Shown here in pieces: positions 1 to 10,900 of a DNA stretch of 64,000 nucleotides. Origin of the DNA: an uncultured Alphaproteobacteria bacterium (GTDB lineage: Bacteria; Pseudomonadota; Alphaproteobacteria; RF32; CAG-239); NCBI GenBank assembly GCA_944391445.1, contig CALXTL010000008.1:10915-74914 (forward strand). Direction: 5' to 3'. A program made the translations under genes and the position numbers. Numbering within the stretch: the stretch's first letter is position 1; every line of letters starts with the position of its first letter. Below the pieces are notes generated by a model that did no database searches, was not told where the DNA came from, and worked only from the letters and a program-made list of their open reading frames with translations.

Positions 1-222
1 GCTTTTTTCCTGAGCAAGATGATGGAGACTATGTTTGAGGGAATTTCCACCGACGGCATGTTTGGCGGCGGCGAAGCTGAAAAAATGTATCGTTCACTGC
101 TGATTGACGAATATGGCAAAGAAATGGCCAAACTCGGCGGCGTCGGCGTTAAAGAGCAAGTTATGCGCACTATCCTTGAAATGCAGGAAGCGTCTGAAAA
201 CGGGTATATCGAAAGAACTTAA
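1..222 (+). CDS. Flagellar rod-binding protein (FlgJ N-terminal-domain-like), 5' end cut by window edge
   Basis: The frame is open from base 1 (AFFLSKMMETMFEG...). FFLS.M.E.MF and MYRSLL..EYGKEMAKLGGVGV resemble the rod-binding domain of alphaproteobacterial FlgJ-like proteins. It lies directly upstream of flgK/flgL. Confidence 0.6.
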   Translation, partial: AFFLSKMMETMFEGISTDGMFGGGEAEKMYRSLLIDEYGKEMAKLGGVGVKEQVMRTILEMQEASENGYIERT

Positions 223-236
223 GAAAGGAAACAAAG

Positions 237-689
237 ATGGAAGAAGCGCCTATCAAAGAAAACATGACAAAAATTGAAGAACTGAAGCAAATCGCCGCCG
301 GTTTTGTTGAATTTTTGCAGCAAGAAAACGCCGCTTTGCGTGCTTTTGACACGGCGGTCGTCAGCGCCGGTTATGAGCAGAAAGTCCGACTGGTTTCCGC
401 TTATCGCTCCATCAGCGCTTATTTTATCAAAAATCATCAATTGTTGGAAAACCTTGACAACGAAAGTAAGCAAGCCTTGCGGGAACTGTCGGTTTCTCTG
501 GATGCAATGCTCAGAGAAAATGAGCTGTTGCTCAAGACCCGAATGGAAGCCAGCAAGACAGTCATGGACACAATCATCAATGTTGCCAAAATGAACAATA
601 ACCGCAACGCAACCTCTTATGGCGCACACGGCATGTATTCGCCGCAGGACAATAACAAAAATGCCCTGGCCATAAACAGAACTTTGTAA
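237..689 (+). CDS. FlgN-like flagellar export chaperone (putative)
   Basis: 150-aa protein that looks helical. The segment FLQQENAALRAFDTAVVSAGYEQKVRLV resembles the FlgN pattern (E..aL...d...l......K..l). It sits immediately before flgK, with a 13-nt gap. Confidence 0.45.
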   Translation: MEEAPIKENMTKIEELKQIAAGFVEFLQQENAALRAFDTAVVSAGYEQKVRLVSAYRSISAYFIKNHQLLENLDNESKQALRELSVSLDAMLRENELLLKTRMEASKTVMDTIINVAKMNNNRNATSYGAHGMYSPQDNNKNALAINRTL

Positions 690-702
690 GGAGGGATGAA
701 AA

Positions 703-2895
703 ATGGCTCTGATTCCCGGTTTATCTACATCATTGAGCGGCATGAAAACAGCACAGTCGCAGCTGGATATCATCAGCCGCAACATTTCCAATGTCGATAC
801 GGTTGGTTATACTCGCAAAACGGCAGCGCAAAACAATGTCGTTTCCAACGGGACGCCGCTCGGCGTGACTCTGAACAACTCAGAACGTATTGTTGACGAA
901 GGACTGCTGAAGAGCTATCTGGCAACCAGCTCTCTGAGCAGCAATTACTCGGTCAAATACAACTTCCTGAGCAAGGCGGAAACACTGCTCGGTACACCGC
1001 AGGGAGATAACTCTATTTCGGCCAATGTTTCGGCTTTGCAGAGCGCTTTCAATACGTTTGCCAATGACGTTACCTCTTCCTCAACCCGGTATAATTTGTT
1101 GAATCAGGCCACCGCCGTAACCGAACGTCTTAATAATATCGCGACAGAAATCCAGCGTTTGCGCGGTCAAGCCGATACACAGATCGCCGCGGACGTAAAT
1201 GAGATCAACTCTCTGTTAGACGAGATTGACAGTCTGAATGATGAGATTGTCCGCTATAGTATTCGCGGCTATGACGGCGGTGCCGATCTGGAAGACAAAC
1301 GCGACCAGGCTTTGCGCGAACTCAGCCAATATCTTGATATTTCTTATTTTAAGCGTGAAAGCGGCGCCATTGTTATCCAAACCACCAGCGGTGTTTCTCT
1401 GCTGGATAATGATCCGCACAAGTTATCACACAACGGCGTGACTCAGACCAATCCGACAACAACCTACGCCAATGGCGGTATCAGCGGTATTTATGTGGAC
1501 GGCAAAGATATTACGCAAAGTATTAAAGGCGGCGAGCTTAAAGGACTGATTGAAATTCGCGACGAGACGCTGACTTCTTTGCAAACTCAGCTTGACGAAC
1601 TTTCCGCGACTCTCCGCGATCAGATTAATCTGGCGCACAATCGCGGCACGGCCTACCCGAACACGCCCGATTGCCTGACCGGAAATAAAACCTTTATTCT
1701 GAACAAAGATAATCCGGCTCTGGACGCTTATCCTCAAGGGATTGCCATTGAAAACGGCGATGTCAGACTCAGCATTTTTGATGCTGAAGGGAATCAAATT
1801 GCCAGCACCACGTTGGTGAACGGTTTGGGCTTTGCCAACGGTACTGTTTCCGATTTGTGCGAAACCATCCAAAACTGGCTGAACTCGCCGACCGGCGCTG
1901 ATTTGCCCCAAGCAGAAGTTTATATTAACAGCGAAGGCAAACTGGTTATGGATACAGGCAACAGCGACTATGGCCTGAGTATTTTGGATGAGGCTTCTTC
2001 AACGGCCGGGTCTAACAAACAAGATGTGACCATCCGTTTTGACAACAACGGTGACGGCACTTATGATACAAAAACGGAAGGCTTTTCCAATTTCTTCGGT
2101 CTGAACGATTTCTTTGTTGATGAAGGTCTGGATTCCGTTTATGATTCAAAAGTTTTGGCGCTGAATGCCAATCTTGGAATTAACGATATTTCAATCCTGA
2201 GCTTTTCCGACAGCGCTAACGGATTTAACTTTGGCACAATTACCGTTACGCCGAATGATTCTCTTAGCGATATTGTCAATTCAATCAACAGCAATCCGGC
2301 GTTTAAGGGGACAATCCGCGCCTCTCTGGTGCCCAATGGCGACGGTTATATGCTGCGGATTGAAGATCTGAGCGGCGCACAGCTTGAAATTTCTGAAACG
2401 CAAGGAGATAATCTGCTTGGCAGGCTTGGTCTGTCTCCGTCGAGTACAGGTATTTCGATGGAGATCGGCGTGCGCGAAGATCTGAAAACGGATCCCGGTA
2501 TGATCAGCGGCGGCTCGCCGATCTTTAATTCCGTCAGCGGCAAGTATGAACTCAATTCCGCGGCCAATGACGTTGCCGTGGCTATGGGAAAAGCTTTTGA
2601 TGAATCTTACAACTTTAAGCAATCAGGCACTATTGCGCAAACACAAACCACTTTGGCAACTTATGCTTCGACTTTTGTCGGCAATATTGCCACGCAAACC
2701 AGCAATGCCGAATCTTTACACAGTTATCAGGCTGAGCTGACCTCATCCATTGCTACCAAAGAAGCTACTTTAAGCGGCGTGGATCTGGATGAAGAGCTTG
2801 GGCAGATGATTATCTTCCAACAGACATATGCTGCCTGTGCCCAAGCATTTACGGCGTCTAAAGAAATTTTGGACATGCTGTTGAGCATCGTATAG
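703..2895 (+). CDS. flgK: Flagellar hook-associated protein 1 FlgK
   Basis: N-terminus MALIPGLSTSLSGMKTAQSQLDIISRNISNVDTVGYTRK and C-terminus GVDLDEELGQMIIFQQTYAACAQAFTASKEILDMLLSI are canonical FlgK termini. 730 aa. Confidence 0.9.
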   Translation: MALIPGLSTSLSGMKTAQSQLDIISRNISNVDTVGYTRKTAAQNNVVSNGTPLGVTLNNSERIVDEGLLKSYLATSSLSSNYSVKYNFLSKAETLLGTPQGDNSISANVSALQSAFNTFANDVTSSSTRYNLLNQATAVTERLNNIATEIQRLRGQADTQIAADVNEINSLLDEIDSLNDEIVRYSIRGYDGGADLEDKRDQALRELSQYLDISYFKRESGAIVIQTTSGVSLLDNDPHKLSHNGVTQTNPTTTYANGGISGIYVDGKDITQSIKGGELKGLIEIRDETLTSLQTQLDELSATLRDQINLAHNRGTAYPNTPDCLTGNKTFILNKDNPALDAYPQGIAIENGDVRLSIFDAEGNQIASTTLVNGLGFANGTVSDLCETIQNWLNSPTGADLPQAEVYINSEGKLVMDTGNSDYGLSILDEASSTAGSNKQDVTIRFDNNGDGTYDTKTEGFSNFFGLNDFFVDEGLDSVYDSKVLALNANLGINDISILSFSDSANGFNFGTITVTPNDSLSDIVNSINSNPAFKGTIRASLVPNGDGYMLRIEDLSGAQLEISETQGDNLLGRLGLSPSSTGISMEIGVREDLKTDPGMISGGSPIFNSVSGKYELNSAANDVAVAMGKAFDESYNFKQSGTIAQTQTTLATYASTFVGNIATQTSNAESLHSYQAELTSSIATKEATLSGVDLDEELGQMIIFQQTYAACAQAFTASKEILDMLLSIV

Positions 2896-2907
2896 GAGGG
2901 TTAAGAA

Positions 2908-4854
2908 ATGGTTAGAGTTCCGACATATAACAGCTATATGAATCTGCTGAATCAGACACTGTCTACCAAAAAGCAGATCGACCTGTACAGCTTCCAGACC
3001 ACAACCGGGCTGAAATCGCCGACTTATTCCGGCTATGGCATTAACGCCTATAACATCGTTAATTTGGAAGCGGCTTTAGGCGTGACCCAAAATTATATGG
3101 AAAATAACAAAGTGCTGAATATTGAGCTGGAAGCTATGAACACGTCGATGCAGTCGATTAATGACTCGGTCAGTGATCTGAAAAGCATGCTTAATTCTTT
3201 CGGCGCGGCAGATACGGATAATATGAATCCGGATCAGACCGGTGGCGAAATTACATTTACCAGTAATGACGAGGCAACTTATCTGGGCAAGACAATCACC
3301 ATCAATGGCACAAAATATACTTTTGCCGATAATGCTGATGATCCTAACAACATTGATTTATCTGCCATCCAGGCTGATGCCGGCCAGGAAGGTTACGCGG
3401 AAAAAGTGATGGGTTTGCTGAAAGACAAGATTGATCCGACCGGCGCCAACAGCGATTATGTTTTTGAGGGTAATAAATTCAGTTTTCCACTGTATACCAT
3501 CAATGGCAGTTCAACCATTCTGGCCGCCGATGGCGTGGAAACCGGTGAGGCCTATGCGATGAATCAAGACAAAGCTTCGGCTTTGAATGACCTGCAAAAT
3601 ACCGCCTTCGCGACGCTTTTGGCTTTGACCGACTGTTTGAATACTTCAGCGGGCGGAAAATATGTTTTCGGCGGCGGCGACTACTCCAGCGCACCGGTTT
3701 ATTTCCCGTTCCGCACTTTAGAAGAATTCCAAAGTTATTATGACGGCGTAAACATCACTTTTCCGACTTCTGCAGCCGCTAACTTATGCAATATGAGTTT
3801 TACGGCGGAAGAAACCGGCGCCCTCACCATCACAAAAGTCGAAGGCAATAATTTTACGATCAGCCCCGAAAAAGCCGGCGGATTTTTGAACAAAGTAGCC
3901 GAAGGCGGCGCCAGCACAACCGGTGATGTTACTTTTGATTCCGACAAAAACACAATTACCGCTACCGAATATGGTGCATTCCAGTCCATCAAAGCCGGCG
4001 ACACTCTGGTGGTCGGCCGCGGCGGCGACGGCTCGGATGATTTGTCACTGATTGTCAAATCCGTTTCCGAAGACGGAAAAACCATTACGTTTGAAGATAC
4101 TGCCGGTCACACAATTCCCGCAACGGCCGACGGCACTGTTACCGACGGCGCCGGATTAACCTTCAGCACTTCTTATCCGGCAGGCACGGTAATTAATATG
4201 GAGGGAATGGGCAATAATGTTGCCGACAGGGTTCAGGTTGTCAGCGTCAATGCCGACGGCACGCTCAATGTTACGGCTGATCCAAACCATTTTAATGCCG
4301 ATACGGTTACCATTCCGGCTTCCAGTAAATGGGAAATGAAGGCTTTATCTTATTATCAGGGCGGGGATATTGACACCGAGCGTCCGATCTCCAGCAACCA
4401 ATCGATTATGATGGATATTAATGCCGGCGACGGCGCTTTTGAAAAACTGTTTCGCGCGATCGGCCAAATTGCTCAAGGCAATATGGTGGACAGCCGCGAC
4501 CTCAGTCAGGAATTTGACGGGCTGGTTGACCCGAGTGCGGCGAGCGATATTATCAACGAGGCGATGGATTTACTGCAAAACGCCATTGATAACAGCGGTG
4601 ATCCGAACCCGACGGTATCGAGCAGTCTTAACAGCGTCAGCGCCAAGCTCAGTTCAGATTATGTTACGCTGAATAATAATACGGAAAACCTGACGCTTGC
4701 TTTCAACAATCTGGAAACAAACATCAGCGACATGAAAGATGTGGACCAAACAGAGGCTGCTGTTAAGGCTCTAATGGCATCAACTAACCTACAGGCTTCT
4801 TATGCGGTTTTAAACAACCTGATGAGCCTGTCTTTGGTTAACTATCTGAAATAA
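2908..4854 (+). CDS. flgL: Flagellar hook-associated protein 3 FlgL (flagellin family) with large central insert
   Basis: Follows flgK. Flagellin-type N-terminal segment (VPTYNSYMNLLNQTLSTKKQIDLYSFQTTTGLK) and C-terminal segment (DVDQTEAAVKALMASTNLQASYAVLNNLMSLSLVNYL). 648 aa. Confidence 0.8.
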   Translation: MVRVPTYNSYMNLLNQTLSTKKQIDLYSFQTTTGLKSPTYSGYGINAYNIVNLEAALGVTQNYMENNKVLNIELEAMNTSMQSINDSVSDLKSMLNSFGAADTDNMNPDQTGGEITFTSNDEATYLGKTITINGTKYTFADNADDPNNIDLSAIQADAGQEGYAEKVMGLLKDKIDPTGANSDYVFEGNKFSFPLYTINGSSTILAADGVETGEAYAMNQDKASALNDLQNTAFATLLALTDCLNTSAGGKYVFGGGDYSSAPVYFPFRTLEEFQSYYDGVNITFPTSAAANLCNMSFTAEETGALTITKVEGNNFTISPEKAGGFLNKVAEGGASTTGDVTFDSDKNTITATEYGAFQSIKAGDTLVVGRGGDGSDDLSLIVKSVSEDGKTITFEDTAGHTIPATADGTVTDGAGLTFSTSYPAGTVINMEGMGNNVADRVQVVSVNADGTLNVTADPNHFNADTVTIPASSKWEMKALSYYQGGDIDTERPISSNQSIMMDINAGDGAFEKLFRAIGQIAQGNMVDSRDLSQEFDGLVDPSAASDIINEAMDLLQNAIDNSGDPNPTVSSSLNSVSAKLSSDYVTLNNNTENLTLAFNNLETNISDMKDVDQTEAAVKALMASTNLQASYAVLNNLMSLSLVNYLK

Positions 4855-4864
4855 ATATCTTGTT

Positions 4865-4898
4865 AAAAAAGCAGCCCCGGTTAACCCGGGGCTTTTTT
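4865..4898. terminator. Bidirectional rho-independent terminator shared by flgL and the giant gene
   Basis: An A-run, stem agccccgg / ccggggct (loop ttaac), then a T6 run. It lies between the convergent stops at 4854 and 4935. Confidence 0.7.
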
Positions 4899-4934
4899 AA
4901 TTGCTGAATTTCATTACATTGACAATTATTTAGA

Positions 4935-7900
4935 TTAGACATCTTCCCAACTTCTGCTGACCTGATATCTGGAAGACGTGACGTTATTCCATGAACAGGT
5001 CCGGCAGGAGGGACAGACAATATTCTTAGTCGTTACACTATCAAAGTAACAAACCCATACTCTATGATTGACTTTATCGTCTACACCATCGTCAATGCAG
5101 GATTTATTCGGTGAAATCCCCGTATATTTATATGTAAAAACATCTAAATTGCATTCACAATATTGTTGTACGACCGTACCATCATTTTTAACACAGCTTT
5201 CGCCATATAATTTTAACGCTTGTTGGCTGCCGTTATAAATATTGGCGCAAACCACATAGCTACCGGATTTGTTTTTTTCTCCGGAAATTTGGCATTTATT
5301 GCCCACCGTAGCGGCTCTTGCATTGCAGGTTTCCTGAGAATACCAGTCGCTTGGACAATCGCATGTATTATACATCGTCACGCTTCCGTTCCAGCCACTT
5401 TTCGTTTCCGGCTGCCCCTGAAGAGTTTTAGGTTTCTCACAATTTTCCTTGGTATACATATAAGTGTCAGGATCAATTAAACATTTGTAGTAGAGATTAC
5501 CGCAACCATCGCTTTTCACGAGACCGTTGTTTTGATGCTTGCAGTATTGGAGAAAAATCTGTTTAAGTGCAGCCTGATTGGATGCAGAGAGTTTGTTCGC
5601 GGCAATTGTCGCTCCGTCACGGTTAATCGCATTGGTATCCTGCAGGTTTGCGGCCGTATAGTCATCCCCCGGAGATACGGGAACGCATTGGCATGTCCCT
5701 TCAAGATATTTGGTTGTGACAACTCCGGAAGCAGAAACGTCCACGCAAACCTCACCGTCGGCTGGAGCAGCGGGAGCTTCCGTTCCCTCCGGGCAAGTTA
5801 TAAAGTTATCCGGGCACTGGCATTTTTTGTATGTTCTGACAGTGGTCAAAGAGCCTTCAGAGGAATCGGCAATTTCACAGTAATCCGCGCTCAGACCGAC
5901 ATAAAGATCATAGGTAAGCGTTTTTCCCTCATAAGTACCGCTACAAGTTTTATTGTATTCGGGTTTGCACTGGCAAGAACGAAAATACTCAACTCCCTGC
6001 AGAATATCGTTTTCATATCTTTGTTTCAAACAGCTTTCCGTTGTTCCTGAAGGTTTGGTAATTCCCTGATTGGCTCCTGTCGGCCGACAATCGTACTGAT
6101 AAATCGCATCACAATCACAGAAACTGTACAACAGATAATTCGGATTTGATATATCCGGACGGCAGAAATTCGTATCTGACTTCAATTGTCCCTGAGAATT
6201 GCATGAAAGAGTGTACTGAGCACCACATTCGCAGGCTGAATATTTGGTTGTGTCATCCTCAGTGTTTTGTGGTGTGCAGGCCTTGTTGGCATCCGAAGGC
6301 TTTGTTAAACCTGGATTTTCTTCAAGCGAGCAGGTCTGATTATATTCCGAACGACAGGTGCATTGCTGGTATAAAGGCGCGTTTCCGGGAGCTGTTTGGC
6401 AATAGTCGTTTTCATCGCCGACCTGACCATTCCCCGTGCATGTATATTTATATTTGGCATTGCAGCTGCAAGTTTCGTATTTGGTGACCTCATTGCCGTT
6501 TGCGTCTTTATAAGTACATTCTTTGCCGCTGCCTTTGACAATACCGACATTGCCGGCGTCTGTATCGGCTTCGCAGGTATATTTATAAATAGACGCATCG
6601 CAAGTGCAGGATTCATAAACCGTCGTACCGGTTGTGCCGTTGGCATTCAACGGCGTGCACGACTGGCCTTTGGTGTTATTTTTGCCGGTGCATTCAACAT
6701 AGCTGTCCGGACATTTACACTGTTTGTAAAGTTTGTTGCCGTTTTCATCAATACAGGCATCCCCCTGAATGCTGTCATCATACCCCTGGCAAGTGTATTG
6801 ATAACCGTTGGCGCGGCACTCAGAGGTTTCTTTACATTCGGCAAACAATGTTTTCCCTTCGGGGTTTATACAACTACCGCCGCTGCCGACTTGAAATTCG
6901 CTGCACTCTTTATACATGTTTAATTGAAATTCGCTACAGCCGTTGCTGATGGCACAGGCGCTGTATACCGTGCCGTTGACATCAGTACAGCTGTCTGCCC
7001 CCTCGGCCGGACCGGCCTCTTCGCACTTCAGATAATTGGTCGGGCATTTGCATTTATACATCACCTGATTATCGGCATTGACACAGGGATCATACGAAGT
7101 TTGGTTTTTGTCACAGGAAAGTTTATGTTCCGAGGTGCAGGTCATGGACGGATTGTCACAGGCTGCATAAAACTTCGTGCCGTTTAATTCGCAGTAATCA
7201 CCAATACCGACTTCATTGTCGCCATCGCATTTTTTGTTATAGCCGCTGGCGCAGACGCAATATTCAAAATAAGTGATGCCATTGCGTGTGCAGGGATTGA
7301 CGCCGATTTGCAACGGCTCGGTGCAAGTGAGGCTCTCCCCATGAGAACATTTGCTTTCAGAAACGCAGTTGCTCTCCTGATAATAATATTTTCCTTTCAG
7401 CAAGCAAGGTTCTCCCTCGCCCACCGTACCCACCGGGCAAATGACATAACCGTCCGGGCATTTGCAACTCTTATAGCCGCCAATGTTGCCCTCATTGTCT
7501 TGGCAAGGATCAACGCCAATCAACGGCGCCGGGCAGGTTTCGCTATGCTGCCAGGTGCACTCCGTGACCGAACATTGATAATATTTGCCACCGCAACCGT
7601 TGGGTTTGGTCACACCGGTCGGTTTTTTGCCGCCGGGACAGCCATAGTAGTTATCCGCCCAGTTCTCGGGCAAAGGGTCCGGTTTGCATTCACAAGCGCG
7701 ATATTTGCCGTTGCACGGTTCGCCGACACCAACATATCTTTCACCATCGCAGATTTGGTTGAAATCTGCCGTGCATTGACAATAAGGATAAAACGAAAGT
7801 TCCGTTTCCGGATTCATACCGGCCAAAGTTGCATCGCTGACGTTGCCGATTTTCTGTGTGCAGGCGCTGCCGCTTAACATGCCGGCACAATTGTATTTAT

Positions 7901-10900
7901 GATATTTATAAGCCGAATGGCAATCGCAGCTTTTATACCTTTTAACGCCGTTGTGGATGATGTAGTCCTCCCCGAGAACATGGCGTACCGGACAGTTATC
8001 TTCCGTCCAGACATAGGCTCCGACATCGTAATAGCAGTTATAAGCCCGGAGATTGACATTTTCCTCATATTCGCACAACTGTGCCTGCGCACCGGTGCCG
8101 TATAAAGATCGGCAGGCGGCCTCTGTCGTGGCGGTCTTGATGGTATAAGAGGTGTTTTTGCTGCCATCGGCATTCAGAATATATTTACCGCATTTGGCCA
8201 ACTCCGGCTCCACGATACAGGCCCCGGGCGCGTAGTGCTTCTTGCCGCCGTTCATTAATCCGCCGTTACTGCTGTAGACGCAATAATCGTTAGTATCCGG
8301 CGCTTTGTACGGATATTCGCAAGTTTCGGAATATTCCCGCGGGTTGCAAGAACATTCCACTTCCTTTTCGCCGCAGCGTTTGCCGCTTGCCCCCTGGCCG
8401 AATTTGCGCTGGCATAAAAGATCTGCCGAAACACCGGCATCAGTATCGGGAATGCGGGCAATGGTGGCACTTTCATCCGCGCATTCATTATTGACGCAAG
8501 TTTCATACCAGGTCGTACCATTGATGGTGCAGGCCAAAGCATTCGGCGCTGGAGCTTCATTATCGCTGTTTAAGCATTTTTCGGTATAGGAACTGCTGCA
8601 GTAGCACGGATACATCAATGTATTGTTGCGGCTGCAGGCGCCTCCGTCGCCGTCAATTCCCAGTGTTGCGCCATCACCCAGCAGATTGGTGCATTCTTGT
8701 TTAGAATTATTTTCTTCATCAAGGTAGGTGACGCCCTGCCCGTTGCTGGAAAGTTTGTCGCAGCGGGTGAAGCAGCCTTCGTACTTGATTATTTTGCTGC
8801 CGTCAAAATTACATGTCTGACCGGCAGGTTCTTCATTGTCCGTACATTTCGGCACACCGCCGGAATTTCCCTGCACATCAACCCAGCTTTCGGGACATTT
8901 GCAGACAACACGTTGCTGATTGGGATTGTCACGATCATAGCAGAAGTAATCCACCTCTCCGGGAATGGATGAAGTGGTGCAATCCTGCGCACTGTTCAAC
9001 ACCGGACGATCTGTCGGGCAGATGATGGAAAAAGAGCGATATTTGTTGACGCCGACCTCATCATAAGTACAAGGTGTGCCCACACCGGTAAACAAAGACA
9101 GGCATTCTTCCCGCGTGTAGGCTACGCCGCCGACCGTTACCCCATTTTGGCAATACTCGGCCAAGGTCTGATAATTCTGCCCTTTCGGACAACGACAGGC
9201 ATAATTGGCCTCGGCATCTCCCATTTTGTTAAAACACTGCTCTTCGGTATTGGACTGAAAACCATCTACCAGCGGACAGCTTTCGGGATTGGCTACCACC
9301 GGCGTGGTGCTGGTGTTCTGGCACTGCGGCAAACATTTTTCATATTTAAAAGCATTTGGATCATTTGTTTCCAAGGAACAAACGGCACCACCGCGAATTT
9401 GAGCCGTATCTTCACAAGTCCGGCCAAAACTTTCCGGACAGGTGCAGATATATTTTTGAGCTCCGTTGTTACCCTCTTCATAACATGCTTCTGACGAACC
9501 GCTGATGTCGCCGATTGCACAACTGTCGGCGCTGTCAAAAACGGGACGTTCACTGGCATCCGGACACTTCCGACCAAAAGATGCATATTTTATTTGTTTT
9601 TCGCTACCAACGACATCTAACTCGCAGGGCGTTCCGACGCCAACATAAGAAACCATACAATCCGCTTCTTTATTATTGCAAAATTCCTCTAAGGTCTGGT
9701 AGTCCGAAGGGCAGCTGCAGACTTTTTTCTGAGTGTCGGCATCTTCATAACAAGTTTTGTTGTCTGTATAAGGACAACTGCTGCTACTGGGAATAATGGT
9801 CAAATTATTGCCGGACTGCTCCTGCAGCCAACTACAGCTTTCTCCCCAGCCTAATGCGCCATGATACATATAAACTTCATCATTCGGGGTACCGGTAATT
9901 TTGCTTTCAAAAGTACATGGCTTGCCAATGCCGACGGTTCTATTCATGCAGTCGCGGCAATTACTGTCACAGGTTACGCCGAGAGGAGTATAACTGCCGC
10001 CGCAATGCTCTACCTTGGATTCATAAGAATCAGGGCACAGGCATTGGTATTGAAGCGTTGAAGCATCATCCGCCGTAAAGCATTCAACAGCGCGGGTTAT
10101 ATTCACATTAAATGCCGGATCTTCAAATTTACAGCCCTCCTGAGACGGTTTGAGCGTTGCGACATCTGACGACGGACATTCGAGTGAACAGGTTTCATAT
10201 TTAGTCTCAGGGTTGAGATAGCGATCCAAGTCACAGGTCGTTCCTGTTCCAATTTTGCCGTCAGCCGCACATTCTTCATTCGTCGAATAATCGTCCGGGC
10301 AATGGCACTGAACAGATACTTCGGATGCTTTGTCCGAGGTAAAACAAGCATAATAGACATCTTCAACATTTGCGTCTTCGCCTTTTTCGTACTCTTCCAA
10401 AGTTCCCATATTTTGTGCAAAACCACAGTTCGTGTCCGCACTGTTCCATGGTGAAGATTTGGCGCCGTCGGCATTAACGCAGGGTTTGAGACAGTACTGG
10501 TACAAAAGCGTACTGCCGTTGTTGCAGGTTTTGCCGCCCAGATAATAGCCCTGGGGACAACTGTCATGATAAAGATTGTTTCCCTCTTCATCCAGCGGAC
10601 AGCCGCAATATTTGTGTTCATAATAAACAGGTACAGACACGCCAAAGGCAGCAAAAGTTGTTTGGCCGGCTTCCAATGCACAACTTCCCGGGGTTTGATT
10701 GTTTGCACAGGAATCGCCGGTTCTTTCCGCAAAGCCGGCCTCAACATCGGTGCAGACGCGCAGACATTTATCGGTATTATAGCGGAAACGGCTTGGGTCA
10801 AGCTGATCGGCCGAACCGTTTGTGCCCCGGCCGGAAGTATCGCCGGATTTGATTGAAGTTTGAGCATCCCAAACGCAGATGTTGGTGTTTGTCAGACCAG

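Noticed and set aside
4928-4944. A 17-mer ATTTAGATTAGACATCT recurs with one mismatch at 41965-41981 upstream of tRNA-Phe.
   Set aside because: For 64 kb, several 16-of-17 matches are expected by chance. One copy is coding (the giant gene C-terminus) and the other intergenic, and the flanks share nothing.
10103-10867. 254-aa ORF on the same strand as the giant gene in another frame.
   Set aside because: It lies entirely inside the 2435-aa ORF, has no RBS and gives a junk-like sequence. The main frame carries the conserved repeat skeleton.
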